This document shows positions 8,141 to 17,417 of a DNA stretch of 64,000 nt, piece by piece. Position 1 is the stretch's first letter. Each line of letters opens with the position of its first letter. The notes under the pieces are model-generated. The model did no database searches and was not told the origin of the DNA. It was given only the letters and a program-made list of their open reading frames with translations. Made by a program: the position numbers and the translations under genes. The DNA comes from Parcubacteria group bacterium GW2011_GWA2_42_14 (GTDB lineage: Bacteria; Patescibacteriota; Minisyncoccia; Sungbacterales; GWA2-42-14), in NCBI GenBank assembly GCA_000998135.1, contig LCCV01000001.1, positions 72,958-136,957 of the forward strand. Reading direction: 5' to 3'.

Positions 8141-9202
8141 ATGAACTCACAAAAAACCGGACAATACGCCCTAAACATAATTGAAAACGAATATGAAATC
8201 AAGGGGGGACTGATTGACTGCCACCAGCACCTTGACCGAAGAAATACGCTGAATAAAGAGGGTTACACGCTTATAGAAAACGGCGCGACCCTCAGACAAA
8301 AACAGGATTATATAGACGAATTCAAGCGAAAACCAGATTATAAAGCCGCTCTATACGATAGGATTTTAGAAGGCGTATCAGACATGGGGATTCAGGGCAT
8401 CAAAGGATGCAGAAGCTATATTGACGCTGACGCGACTATCGGTCTTGAGGCAATCAATGCCGCCCTTAAAGTAAAAGGACAGGCAATGAATCAAGGTTTT
8501 TATCTGCAGATTGCCGCTTCCCCGGTCAAAGGATTGTTTTTCAATGAAGACAGAATTCAATTTGAACTGGGATGCGAACTGGCAGATGTTATCGGCGTTA
8601 TTCCTTCAAGAGGAATCAAAATTCCCGACCCTACTCTGCCCTTTGACTACCAAACCCTTCAGGAAAATATGAAATATTTTTTTGAAGTTGCCTGGAGGCT
8701 CAAAAAACCCATTGATTTGCAAATTGACCAGGCCAATGACACGCGGGAATGGGAAAGCAAAATTCTTTGCGGAGTTGCCCGCGAATTTCGAAACCGCGGT
8801 TATACTCATTCCATTGCCACAACCCATTGCATTTCTCTTGGCGCTCAAACCCTTGTAGAAATCAAAAGAATTGCCAAAGAATTCAAGGCGCTCGGAATCC
8901 ACGTGATTGTCTGCCCGGGCGCGGCTCTTGATATGAAACAGGACCGAAAACAGCACGGCCCAACAAGAAATTCCATTGCTCCGGTTAAAGAACTGCTTGA
9001 AGAAGGGGTGGTGGTGGCTTTGGGAACAGACAACGTCAGCGATATTTTTATGCGATTTTCCAGCGGAGATTTCCGGACAGAAATTGAGAAACTAACCAAT
9101 GCCGTCCGCTGGCAAGAAGATCTTTCACTACTTGCCGACCTTGCCACAACCAATGGCCGTCTGGTGCTCGGCCTTCCCCTACCCCACGAAAAAGAGGAAT
9201 AA
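8141..9202 (+). CDS. Cytosine-deaminase (CodA)-like amidohydrolase
   Basis: IDCHQHLD aligns with CodA VEPHIHLD; FYLQIAAS with IDLQIVAF; SIATTHC with SHTTAMH; ALGTDNV with FGHDDV. The CodA HCDE histidine is replaced (QIDQ). Confidence 0.7.
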   Translation: MNSQKTGQYALNIIENEYEIKGGLIDCHQHLDRRNTLNKEGYTLIENGATLRQKQDYIDEFKRKPDYKAALYDRILEGVSDMGIQGIKGCRSYIDADATIGLEAINAALKVKGQAMNQGFYLQIAASPVKGLFFNEDRIQFELGCELADVIGVIPSRGIKIPDPTLPFDYQTLQENMKYFFEVAWRLKKPIDLQIDQANDTREWESKILCGVAREFRNRGYTHSIATTHCISLGAQTLVEIKRIAKEFKALGIHVIVCPGAALDMKQDRKQHGPTRNSIAPVKELLEEGVVVALGTDNVSDIFMRFSSGDFRTEIEKLTNAVRWQEDLSLLADLATTNGRLVLGLPLPHEKEE

Positions 9203-9205
9203 AAA

Positions 9206-10081
9206 ATGAGAGTTTTAATGTGTCCGCCGCTTTACTACGCGATTAATTGGGAAGATCCGGCAAAAAATCCGTGGATGAAAATGAATAAACAGCCGGATCG
9301 CGGCAAGGCCATCGCCCAATGGGGCAAACTATGGCATCTTTATGAATTTCTCGGCGCGAAAATCCGCACCCTTGAAACGGTTCCCTGTCTTGGGGACCAA
9401 ATATTTACCGCCAACATTGCCTGGAGCATGCCTATTTGGAGCGAAGAAGGAAATGAAAACCGAAGAACATTTATCATGGCCAATCTTGCTCCGGAACTCC
9501 GCAGGCCCGAAATAATTATCGCGGCGCGCTGGTTTGCCGAAAACCGTTTCAGCACTTATTTCCTGCCAGAAGAAATGCTTTTTGAAGGACAAGGAGATAT
9601 CATCACCACCAAAGAGGCCTATCTTTATTGCTACGGCGTAAGAAATTCGCTTGAAGCCATTGAAGAAATCAGGAAAGTATTCAATCTTAAAAAGCCAATT
9701 ATTCCGCTCCGATTAATTGACCCGCGTTTTTATCACGGGGATGTCTGCATACGCTATTCAAAACGGCGCGATGCTGTTCTTTTTTATCCCGGAGCGTTTG
9801 ACGCCGAAAGCGTAAAAGCCATTGAAAAATTAAAAGCAAAGAAAAAAGATGTTTCCCGCGAATTCATGGTGCAGGAACTTTTTGACGGAAGAAACTTCCC
9901 GCTTAACGGTTCTTACATCAATAATGTGGAAACCTTTCCTTGGAATGATGAGATTGAGGAATTTCCCCGAAACCTTAAGGGGTGGATTGAAAGAGACGGC
10001 GGCGAAGTGGTTACTCTTAACTTCAGCCAATTCGGGCTTTCCGGGGCAGGACATCGATGCGTTACTCTGTTTCTGGATTAA
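9206..10081 (+). CDS. Amidinotransferase / DDAH-like enzyme of the guanidino-group-modifying (pentein) superfamily
   Basis: C-terminal catalytic-Cys motif SGAGHRCVTL (G.GG.HC.T-like). Lies 4 bp downstream of the amidohydrolase, so probably the same operon. Confidence 0.6.
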   Translation: MRVLMCPPLYYAINWEDPAKNPWMKMNKQPDRGKAIAQWGKLWHLYEFLGAKIRTLETVPCLGDQIFTANIAWSMPIWSEEGNENRRTFIMANLAPELRRPEIIIAARWFAENRFSTYFLPEEMLFEGQGDIITTKEAYLYCYGVRNSLEAIEEIRKVFNLKKPIIPLRLIDPRFYHGDVCIRYSKRRDAVLFYPGAFDAESVKAIEKLKAKKKDVSREFMVQELFDGRNFPLNGSYINNVETFPWNDEIEEFPRNLKGWIERDGGEVVTLNFSQFGLSGAGHRCVTLFLD

Positions 10082-10159
10082 TATTAATTTAAGCAACACT
10101 CAGTGTTGTTTGGTTTATCAAAAAGTCAAGGAAAATGGCCAATTTTTGCCAAAATACTT

Positions 10160-10190
10160 GACTTTTTTCTTATTTTTGGTATAATATAAG
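10160..10190 (+). promoter_or_regulatory. Near-consensus sigma70-type promoter (TTGACT - 17 nt - TATAAT) upstream of a small lipoprotein operon
   Basis: ttgact tttttcttatttttggt ataata, seen directly. Confidence 0.55.
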
Positions 10191-10285
10191 TATAGCTGAA
10201 GGTAGCTTCGTAACTTGACAAATACGACCTAAAACACAAAAAACAGAAACCGGGTTCGAAAGATCCTGGAAACAGGAGGGATATC

Positions 10286-10408
10286 ATGTGGCTTTTACTG
10301 TTTCTTGCTGTATTGGCGCTGGTGGCGATAGTTTTTGGTATCGACAAAATAATCACTCTCCTCGAAGAAATCCTCGCCGAGCTGAAAAAGCTCAACGAGA
10401 AAAAATAA
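10286..10408 (+). CDS. 40-aa single-transmembrane peptide (MWLLLFLAVLALVAIVFGIDKIITLLEEILAELKKLNEKK)
   Basis: Strong Shine-Dalgarno AGGAGGG 5 nt upstream. GC-richer than its surroundings. The ORF track shows a different overlapping frame. Confidence 0.5.
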   Translation: MWLLLFLAVLALVAIVFGIDKIITLLEEILAELKKLNEKK

Positions 10409-10435
10409 CCCAAACCAACATCAAGGAGAAACTCC

Positions 10436-10624
10436 GTGATAAAGAAACTTGTCCGTGTATTCACTGTATTGTTTCTCGCAACTTCTCTTTCCGGGTGCCT
10501 TGCGTTCAACGCCGCATATCTCGCCGTACAGGGAGCGGCTATGATCTACGAAAAAACGTCGCGACCAGCCAAAACAAAACAAACACCGCCAGATTCTAAA
10601 ACAAACAAAGAGGAAACGAGATGA
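10436..10624 (+). CDS. Small lipoprotein, 62 aa (GTG start, lipobox LSGC)
   Basis: AAGGAGA Shine-Dalgarno 6 nt upstream. Its stop overlaps the next start. Confidence 0.55.
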   Translation: MIKKLVRVFTVLFLATSLSGCLAFNAAYLAVQGAAMIYEKTSRPAKTKQTPPDSKTNKEETR

Positions 10625-11127
10625 AAAGGATTTTTTCCACGGTTTGGATATTCGTAATCTTCGTAATCACGGTATTGCTTTTCTACGGCTGCGCCGGGGT
10701 GATAAGCGGTCCAAAGTACCAGCCCCCGACCGCCAACCTTTCTTTAGCAGTAGCCAGCTTTCTGAAGAGCAAGGAGGTGGCGATTTCCGGCGATAACAGC
10801 GCACGCGGAATCATTGCCGATGCCGTGCTTAATGCCGGCGGCATTCCGATAGAGCGCAAAAAGGCCGAAGTTGAAATCAAAGCGGACATTCGCAAGGATT
10901 CAAGCTCCGGCGGCTACAACCATGGCTACTCGCCGGTTCCGCTGGTTTCGTCCGGTCCGGCCTACCGGATAAAGGTAGAAATCTGGGTAAGCCAGAACGG
11001 GGCGGTGCGTTTTCACGGAGTAGGAGCGGAATCCTACTTCGACCCAGGGTCCATATCCAAAACCCTGGCCACCGAAAACGCAACGCGATACGCGCTTCGT
11101 AACCTGCGGGGGCGAGGCCCTCGATAA
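10621..11127 (+). CDS. Lipoprotein, 168 aa (lipobox FYGCAG), LpoB/CsgG-like fold possible
   Basis: Translationally coupled to the previous gene (ATGA). GC-rich. A terminator-like hairpin follows at ~11145-11190. Confidence 0.6.
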   Translation: MKRIFSTVWIFVIFVITVLLFYGCAGVISGPKYQPPTANLSLAVASFLKSKEVAISGDNSARGIIADAVLNAGGIPIERKKAEVEIKADIRKDSSSGGYNHGYSPVPLVSSGPAYRIKVEIWVSQNGAVRFHGVGAESYFDPGSISKTLATENATRYALRNLRGRGPR

Positions 11128-11230
11128 GCACCAACACCCCAAAGCGGGATGAGCCAACGAAAGCTCACTCCCGCCTCGGGGTTCTTTTTTATTCGTAAAT
11201 TTATACTTTATTTGCTAACCTTAAATTATA

Positions 11231-11797
11231 ATGAATGAACAAATTATAACAACAACAAGGGCCGTTAAAACCAAACGCCTTGCCTACGCTCTTGCAAAAA
11301 AAATCCTAAAAAACCGCCATCAAAAACCTGCGATCATTATTGCACTTTCCGGCAATCTCGGCTCAGGAAAAACAACCTTTGTTCAGGGATTTGCCAAAGA
11401 ACTCGGCATCAAAGAAATTCCCAAAAGCCCCACTTTCATTTTAATGCAAATTTTTCCAATACCGCCTAAAAGCTATAAGCTAAAAGCTAAAAGCTTAATA
11501 CACATTGACGCCTACCGCCTAGAAAAACCGAAAGAACTTATACATCTCGGTCTGAAAGAAATTCTTCGCGACCCGCACAATATTGTGATAATTGAGTGGG
11601 CAGAGAAAGTAAAAGCACTATTGCCCAAAGATGCAATTTGGATATCATTTAGGCATGCCGGAAAAGATAAACGCCACATTGCTATAAAATCCCAATATCA
11701 AAAATTTGCCCCCTCGGCAAATTCCGGGGCTTCGCCCGTCGAAAGCCAAATAGTTGGCTTTCGACCCAAATCCCAAACAAAATCAAAATCCAAATAA
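11231..11797 (+). CDS. tsaE: tRNA threonylcarbamoyladenosine biosynthesis protein TsaE, with a C-terminal extension created by an in-frame repeat
   Basis: P-loop GNLGSGKTTFVQGFAKELGI and the HIDAYRL motif. The last ~35 aa (KSQYQKFAPSANSGASPVESQIVGFRPKSQT...) are encoded by the repeat at 11691-11778. Confidence 0.8.
   Translation: MNEQIITTTRAVKTKRLAYALAKKILKNRHQKPAIIIALSGNLGSGKTTFVQGFAKELGIKEIPKSPTFILMQIFPIPPKSYKLKAKSLIHIDAYRLEKPKELIHLGLKEILRDPHNIVIIEWAEKVKALLPKDAIWISFRHAGKDKRHIAIKSQYQKFAPSANSGASPVESQIVGFRPKSQTKSKSK
11691..11778. repeat. ~90-bp palindromic repeat element (three internal hairpins, e.g. gtcgaaagccaaatagttggctttcgac) inserted in frame in tsaE. A second copy lies in frame in the Mur ligase at 25165-25253.
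   Basis: About 90% nucleotide identity between the two copies. Both are translated as ...QKFA(P/F)SANSGASPVESQIVGF(R/Q)PKSQT. Confidence 0.8.
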
Positions 11798-11868
11798 CCA
11801 AAAACAATTTGAATTTTGAAATTTGAATTTATTTGGGATTTAGTGCTTGGGATTTTGGATTTTTTTCG
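11765..11868. repeat. Imperfect palindrome built from aaatcccaaa / tttgggattt motif repeats. A related copy lies at 48976-49097, after ruvB.
   Basis: Shared blocks ttgaattttgaaa and ttatttgggattt. Both copies overlap gene ends or starts. Confidence 0.6.
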
Positions 11869-11869
11869 T

Positions 11870-14476
11870 ATGAAATACATAATTATAGATTCCAACGCCA
11901 TAATTCATCGGGCATTTCATGCTTTGCCCCCGTTTACCGCTCCCGACGGTTCTCCTACTGGCGCTGTTTACGGTTTTACTTCTATTCTTATAAAAATTCT
12001 CAAGGACTTGAAACCGGATTATGTCTTGGCCGCTTTTGACACGGCCGCCCCGACTTTCCGTCATATTGCCTATGAAAAATACAAAGCGCAAAGAGAAAAA
12101 GCGCCGGATGAGCTCTACGCGCAATTTCCCAAAACCAAGGAGGTGCTTGGCGCTTTTAATATCCCCATTTTGGAAAAAGACGGATTTGAAGCAGATGATA
12201 TAATCGGAACATTAGCCAAAAAAATTCCTCAAGAAGACAAAACGGCTGAAATTATAATTGTTACAGGGGATATGGATACATTTCAGCTCGTTAATAAAAA
12301 TGTTTCGGTATTTACCATGCGAAGGGGCATTACCGATACTGTTTTATACGACGAAAGGGCGGTTCGCGAAAGATTTGGCTTTGGACCCGAAACAATGATT
12401 GACTACAAGGCCCTAAGGGGAGACCCATCCGACAATATCCCCGGAGTTAAAGGAATCGGAGAAAAAACCGCGACCGAGCTTCTAAAAAAATATAAAAAAC
12501 TTGAAAATATATATAAACTTCTAAAAAAGAAAAAACTGAAAGAGTCTGCCTCTTTGCTGGAAAAACTAAAAGCATCAGAAAACGAGGCGATTCTTTCCAA
12601 AAATCTTGCAACAATAAATACGGCCGTTACCCTTAAAATATCTTTACAAAATTTGCCTCATCCCCAAACTGGGGCAACGCCGGAAATTAAAGCTGTATTA
12701 GAAAAATTCGGGTTTCGAAGCTTGCTGGCAAGATTGACAGGCGAAAAAAAGGAAGTAAAAAAGGAGGAGCAAAAACAGGCCCTGCCGTTTTCGGCCATGT
12801 CTCCGACAGCAAATTTAAAAACTGCGGACGGCCCCCAATTACAAAAACTCTTTCAAGCAAAACAAATTGCCATTATTTTTGATGAAACCAATGGATTGCT
12901 GCTTATTTCTGACGGAAAAAACGTTTTTAAAACAAACGCAAAAGATATTGCCAGAATCGAAAAAACCGTTTTAGAAAACTGCCAAAAAATTATTTTTGAT
13001 GCCAAACCCCTTATCAAAGAGTTTAAAAAACAGCATGGAATTCTTCTTGAAAATAATTTTTTTGACCTTAAAATCGCGGGTTTTCTTTTATATATTGACA
13101 CGCGGGAAATAACCCCGGAACGGCTTATTTCCGTGTATCTCGCCGAAATTACCGCAAGCCAACCGGAAGAATTGATTAAAAAATTTTTTCAACTCCGTGA
13201 AATTCTGGAAAAAAAATTAAAAGAAGAAAACGCCTGGTTTGTATTCTCGGAAATAGAATCGCCTCTTATTTCGATTCTTTCCCAAATGGAAAATAAGGGA
13301 ATAAAAATTGATACGGCTCATCTTAAAAAAGCCGCCTCTTTTTTCAAAAAAAATCTTGATAAGTTAACCGGAGAAATTTATAAAGAAGCCGGGGAAGAAT
13401 TTAATATTAATTCTCCGCAACAGCTTTCTGAAATCCTTTTTACAAAATTAGGCGTTAGCGCGGATAATAAAAAAATAAAAAGAACTGGAGGAGGAAAACT
13501 TTCAACTAACCAAGAACAATTATTGGAGCTGCAAAACTTCCATCCCATAATTAAAAAAATTATTGAGTATAGAGAGATTGCCAAACTCAAAACTACTTAT
13601 AGCGACACTCTTCCCGAACTCATCTCTAAAGACGGAAGAATTCACACAACTTTTGGCCAAACAGGAACCGTTACCGGACGCATGAGCTCCCGCGACCCCA
13701 ACCTACAAAATGTTCCCATAAAAACTCCGCTCGGGAAAGAAATAAGAAGGGCCTTTGTCGCTGAAAAAGGATTTATTTTTGCGTCTTTTGATTATTCGCA
13801 GCTTGAATTAAGAATTGCGGCTGAACTTGCCCAAGACCTTAAAATGATTGAGGCGTTTTCAAATGGGGTTGATATTCATAAACTTACCGCCGCGGAAATA
13901 AATAATGTTCCGCTTGAAAAAGTAACGCCGGAGATGCGAAGAGCGGCCAAAACCCTTAATTTTGGAATTCTTTACGGCATGGGCGTAAAAGCTTTTGCCA
14001 GGGGTTCGGGTTTTTCCGAAAGTGAAGCCAAAAAATTTTTTGAAGAATATTCCAGAGATTTTTCCGGAATTGAAGCTTATATAGAAAAAACAATAGAATT
14101 TGCCAAAGAAAAGGGATATGTGGAGACATATTACGGAAGACGGCGGTATCTGGAAGGCCTTCTTAGCGGAGGTTTTCGTGTGAAGAAAGAGGCCGAAAGA
14201 ATGGCTATAAATATGCCGATTCAGGGCACGGCGGCGGATATGGTAAAACTTGCCATGATTAGTGTTTCCAATATGTTAAAAAATAAGTATAATGAAAAAG
14301 ACATAAGAATGTTGCTGCAGATCCATGACGAACTTCTTTTTGAAATAGCCGATAAAAAAGACATTTCAGAATCGGTAATAAAAGATATAAAGAACGCAAT
14401 GGAAGGCGTTTGGAAAGGCAAAGTGCTGTTCAAGGTTGATGTAAAACTTGGAAAAAACTGGGCAGACCTTACTTAA
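11870..14476 (+). CDS. polA: DNA polymerase I (5'-3' exonuclease + 3'-5' exonuclease-like + polymerase domains)
   Basis: N-terminal MKYIIIDSNAIIHRAFH 5'-nuclease motif; C-terminal pol A motifs (RRAAKTLNFGILYG, QIHDELLFE). Start moved to ATG 11870; the ORF-track start 11816 lies inside the repeat. Confidence 0.9.
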   Translation: MKYIIIDSNAIIHRAFHALPPFTAPDGSPTGAVYGFTSILIKILKDLKPDYVLAAFDTAAPTFRHIAYEKYKAQREKAPDELYAQFPKTKEVLGAFNIPILEKDGFEADDIIGTLAKKIPQEDKTAEIIIVTGDMDTFQLVNKNVSVFTMRRGITDTVLYDERAVRERFGFGPETMIDYKALRGDPSDNIPGVKGIGEKTATELLKKYKKLENIYKLLKKKKLKESASLLEKLKASENEAILSKNLATINTAVTLKISLQNLPHPQTGATPEIKAVLEKFGFRSLLARLTGEKKEVKKEEQKQALPFSAMSPTANLKTADGPQLQKLFQAKQIAIIFDETNGLLLISDGKNVFKTNAKDIARIEKTVLENCQKIIFDAKPLIKEFKKQHGILLENNFFDLKIAGFLLYIDTREITPERLISVYLAEITASQPEELIKKFFQLREILEKKLKEENAWFVFSEIESPLISILSQMENKGIKIDTAHLKKAASFFKKNLDKLTGEIYKEAGEEFNINSPQQLSEILFTKLGVSADNKKIKRTGGGKLSTNQEQLLELQNFHPIIKKIIEYREIAKLKTTYSDTLPELISKDGRIHTTFGQTGTVTGRMSSRDPNLQNVPIKTPLGKEIRRAFVAEKGFIFASFDYSQLELRIAAELAQDLKMIEAFSNGVDIHKLTAAEINNVPLEKVTPEMRRAAKTLNFGILYGMGVKAFARGSGFSESEAKKFFEEYSRDFSGIEAYIEKTIEFAKEKGYVETYYGRRRYLEGLLSGGFRVKKEAERMAINMPIQGTAADMVKLAMISVSNMLKNKYNEKDIRMLLQIHDELLFEIADKKDISESVIKDIKNAMEGVWKGKVLFKVDVKLGKNWADLT

Positions 14477-14584
14477 ATGAATAATGAATTAAGAATTAAG
14501 AGATTTTAGACCATAATTCATAATTCCTAATTCTTGATTCCCAAAAGCTTTGCCTTTTAATTCCTTAATTGTTATTATCTAAAC

Positions 14585-15010
14585 ATGGCCGAATCAAACA
14601 CCCCTCCCGCACAAGGGGTAGAACAACCTAAACAAACCTCAATACTGGTGGTAGAAGACGACATTTTTTTGAGGAACCTAATCATTAAAAAACTGATGAA
14701 TGAGAATTATGTTATTTGGGATGCCACTGACGGGACATCCGCGCTAAAAGTGCTTGAAACCAAAAAACCGCACCTGATTCTACTTGATATTCTTTTGCCC
14801 GGCATCGACGGATTTGAAGTTTTGTCCCTACTGAAAAAAAACTCTGAACTCGCACAAATTCCGGTCATAATTCTTTCCAACCTTGGCTCCCAGGACGACA
14901 TTGAAAAAGCAATGAAACTGGGTGCTACCGATTATATTATCAAGGCCAATTTTACTCTTGAAGAAATAGCGGAACGGATAAAAAAGATTTTAGGAGAGAA
15001 ATACTTTTAA
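14585..15010 (+). CDS. Stand-alone response-regulator receiver (CheY-like REC) domain protein
   Basis: ILVVEDD...LILLDILLPGIDGFEV...DYIIK receiver-domain signature. Confidence 0.8.
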   Translation: MAESNTPPAQGVEQPKQTSILVVEDDIFLRNLIIKKLMNENYVIWDATDGTSALKVLETKKPHLILLDILLPGIDGFEVLSLLKKNSELAQIPVIILSNLGSQDDIEKAMKLGATDYIIKANFTLEEIAERIKKILGEKYF

Positions 15011-15107
15011 TAATTTAATCAACAAATAACGAATTCATTACGAATAAGCGAATAACGAATTCGTAATTCGTAAATTCGTACAAATTCGTTATTCGCTGAT
15101 AAATATA

Positions 15108-15914
15108 TTGCCGGAGTTACCCGAAGCAGAAACAATCGTAAAATATCTTAGGCCAAAAATCCGCGGCAAGCGGGTTTTAAAATTATGGTCAAACACGCCG
15201 CGGCTTTTCAGACAAGGAAAAAATCTTCATAAAATAAGCATCCTGATAAAAGGAAAAACAATTTTGGATACAACCCGAGTCGGAAAAAATATTGTTTTAG
15301 CTTTAAACAATCAATATAATCTCTATATCCATCTTATGATGACGGGTAAATTATTATGGAATTATTCCAAATTGAGAGAACGCCATATAAGATTTTCTAT
15401 GGAACTTAACGGCAAAAACACCCTGGCCCTGCACGATATCCGCAAATTCGGATGGATAAGATTAATTAAAAAAGAAAATTTTTCCGACGCGCGCGTAAAC
15501 AAGGACGCGCTTTCTATTTCATTTGAAGATTTTAAAAACTCGCTTAATTTACGAAAAATGAAAATAAAAAACGCGCTTTTAAACCAAAAAATTGTCCAAG
15601 GAATCGGCAATATCTACTCGGATGAGATTTTATGGTACGCTGGAATAGAACCGCTCCGGCCCGCAAACTCCCTGAATAGCAAAAAAATAAAAAGAATTTA
15701 TTCGGCCATGAAAAAGGTATTAAAAATGGCGATCCGGAAAGGCGGCACAAGTATGCGCGATTACCGAAAACCAAACGGAAAAAAGGGCGGATACTACCCA
15801 ATCCGCAGGGTTTACCAAAGAGAAGGAGAAAAGTGCGCGCGTGACGGCGCAATAATTAAACGAATTAAAATAGGAGGAAGGTCTGCGCATTTTTGCCCCT
15901 ATCACCAGACATGA
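15108..15914 (+). CDS. mutM: Formamidopyrimidine-DNA glycosylase (Fpg/Nei family), TTG start
   Basis: N-terminal (M)PELPE catalytic proline; C-terminal zinc finger CARDGAIIKRIKIGGRSAHFCPYHQ. Confidence 0.85.
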   Translation: MPELPEAETIVKYLRPKIRGKRVLKLWSNTPRLFRQGKNLHKISILIKGKTILDTTRVGKNIVLALNNQYNLYIHLMMTGKLLWNYSKLRERHIRFSMELNGKNTLALHDIRKFGWIRLIKKENFSDARVNKDALSISFEDFKNSLNLRKMKIKNALLNQKIVQGIGNIYSDEILWYAGIEPLRPANSLNSKKIKRIYSAMKKVLKMAIRKGGTSMRDYRKPNGKKGGYYPIRRVYQREGEKCARDGAIIKRIKIGGRSAHFCPYHQT

Positions 15915-15971
15915 AACATGAAACCTGAAACACGAAAAAACTCTGGTTTTATGCTTTATGCTTCATGATTC

Positions 15972-16907
15972 ATGATATATGTACTTTACGGCCCGGACAC
16001 CTACCGAAGCCGGCAAAAATTAAAGGAAATAATTGACGGATTCCGCAAAAAATATGGTTCGACTTCGCTCACCACAGGCGGAAATTTAAGTTTGGAAAAA
16101 TTTGATGCCGAAGAAAATGACTTTTCAAAAATCTCCGCCGCCGCGGAAAACCAATCGCTTTTCCAGGAAAAAAAACTCGTGGTTATTGAACGATTTTTTA
16201 CCTCAAAAAAGGTCGCTTATGAAACACTGAAAAAGAAGTTAAAATCGTGGCAGGAATCAAAAATAAATGTCTTTATTTTTTGGGACGAAAACGTGGCCAC
16301 CAAAAAAGAATTTAAAGAATTTTTGAAATTCGCCGAAAAGTCGCAGGAATTCAAAGAATTAACGCCGCAACAAACAAAATTATTTTTGGAAAAAGAAATG
16401 CTTAATCGCAAATTACGCCTGTCGGAAAAAGAAAAAACGGCCTTAATGAACCGCTTTAAAAATAATCTTTGGGGACTTGCTAATGAATTGGATAAAATAA
16501 CGCTTGGCTCGAACCTATCAACAGAAATTATCCTTAATAAAGAAGAAAAAATTTATAATTTCCTTGACGCTTTGATAGAAAGGCGCATAAACACTCCGCG
16601 GCTGCTTCTTTCTTTATACGAGGCCGGGGCCGAGGAACTCTATATTTTTGCCGCCATAGTCAATTCTTTCCGAAATCTTCTTTTGCTGAAAAAATATGCC
16701 GATAAACCGGCGCTGCTTTCTAAAATTGAAAAAGAGTTCGGAATTCATCCATATGTTTTCAAAAAACTTTTAGCCCAATCGCAAAGATATGGCCTAAAAA
16801 CTCTTACCATAATTTACAAAAAACTGCTGGAATACGATATTGCTTTAAAACTCGGCAAAACAAAACTAGAGTATATAGTTTTTGACCTAATGAACAAAAA
16901 ATTATAA
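15972..16907 (+). CDS. holA: DNA polymerase III delta subunit
   Basis: N-terminal MIYVLYGPDTYRSRQKL, typical of HolA. 311 aa. Confidence 0.7.
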   Translation: MIYVLYGPDTYRSRQKLKEIIDGFRKKYGSTSLTTGGNLSLEKFDAEENDFSKISAAAENQSLFQEKKLVVIERFFTSKKVAYETLKKKLKSWQESKINVFIFWDENVATKKEFKEFLKFAEKSQEFKELTPQQTKLFLEKEMLNRKLRLSEKEKTALMNRFKNNLWGLANELDKITLGSNLSTEIILNKEEKIYNFLDALIERRINTPRLLLSLYEAGAEELYIFAAIVNSFRNLLLLKKYADKPALLSKIEKEFGIHPYVFKKLLAQSQRYGLKTLTIIYKKLLEYDIALKLGKTKLEYIVFDLMNKKL

Positions 16908-16950
16908 ACAAAAGGCCCGGTCCCCAAAAAAGACCGAGTCTTGATTATTG

Positions 16951-17211
16951 CTATAGAGAATTAACTAATTTTGTCAATCTAGATTTTTTGCGGCTGGCGG
17001 CATTCTTCTTGATGACGCCGGTTTTGGCGGCTTTATCAAGGGCTTTATACAAAGCCGGAAGCAGTTTTTGCGCTTCGGCTTTTTTCTTTTGTTCCGCAAG
17101 TTTCCGTACATCCCGCGCCAACTTCTTAAGGGCACCGCTTTTTTTGAGGTTTTGGGCGCGCCTTTTCAACGACTGACGCAGAGCTTTTTTTGCTGAACGA
17201 GTTATGGGCAT
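16951..17211 (-). CDS. rpsT: 30S ribosomal protein S20
   Basis: MPITRSAKKALRQSLKRR... Basic, 86 aa. Start at the internal Met rather than the ORF-track extension. Confidence 0.85.
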   Translation of the reverse strand: MPITRSAKKALRQSLKRRAQNLKKSGALKKLARDVRKLAEQKKKAEAQKLLPALYKALDKAAKTGVIKKNAASRKKSRLTKLVNSL

Positions 17212-17282
17212 GCCAATTTTGCCCAAGAAAGCGAGTCCGAAGCATCGCAAGGGCGAAGCTTGATTGGCTTGCAAAATTGAGC

Positions 17283-17397
17283 ACCCAGCCTTAATTCTAA
17301 ATAATTACTCATGTCTTCCGTCAATGTAAGCCGCGGGCGATACCGCGATTCAACCTGTTGCGCACCTACAAACTAATTTTGGAATTAGGGCTGGGTA
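17283..17397. repeat. Second copy of the ~115-bp element with terminal inverted repeats (see 920-1033), located in the rpsT upstream region
   Basis: Shares the core tgtaagccgcgggcgataccgcg and the termini cccagcc...ggctggg. Confidence 0.55.
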
Positions 17398-17417
17398 GTC
17401 TTTATTTTTAAAATTAA

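Noticed and set aside
10126-10509. 127-aa minus-strand ORF
   Set aside because: It is antisense to the sigma70 promoter and to three small genes with Shine-Dalgarno sites, with low-complexity composition. It is probably an artifact of the GC-rich stretch.
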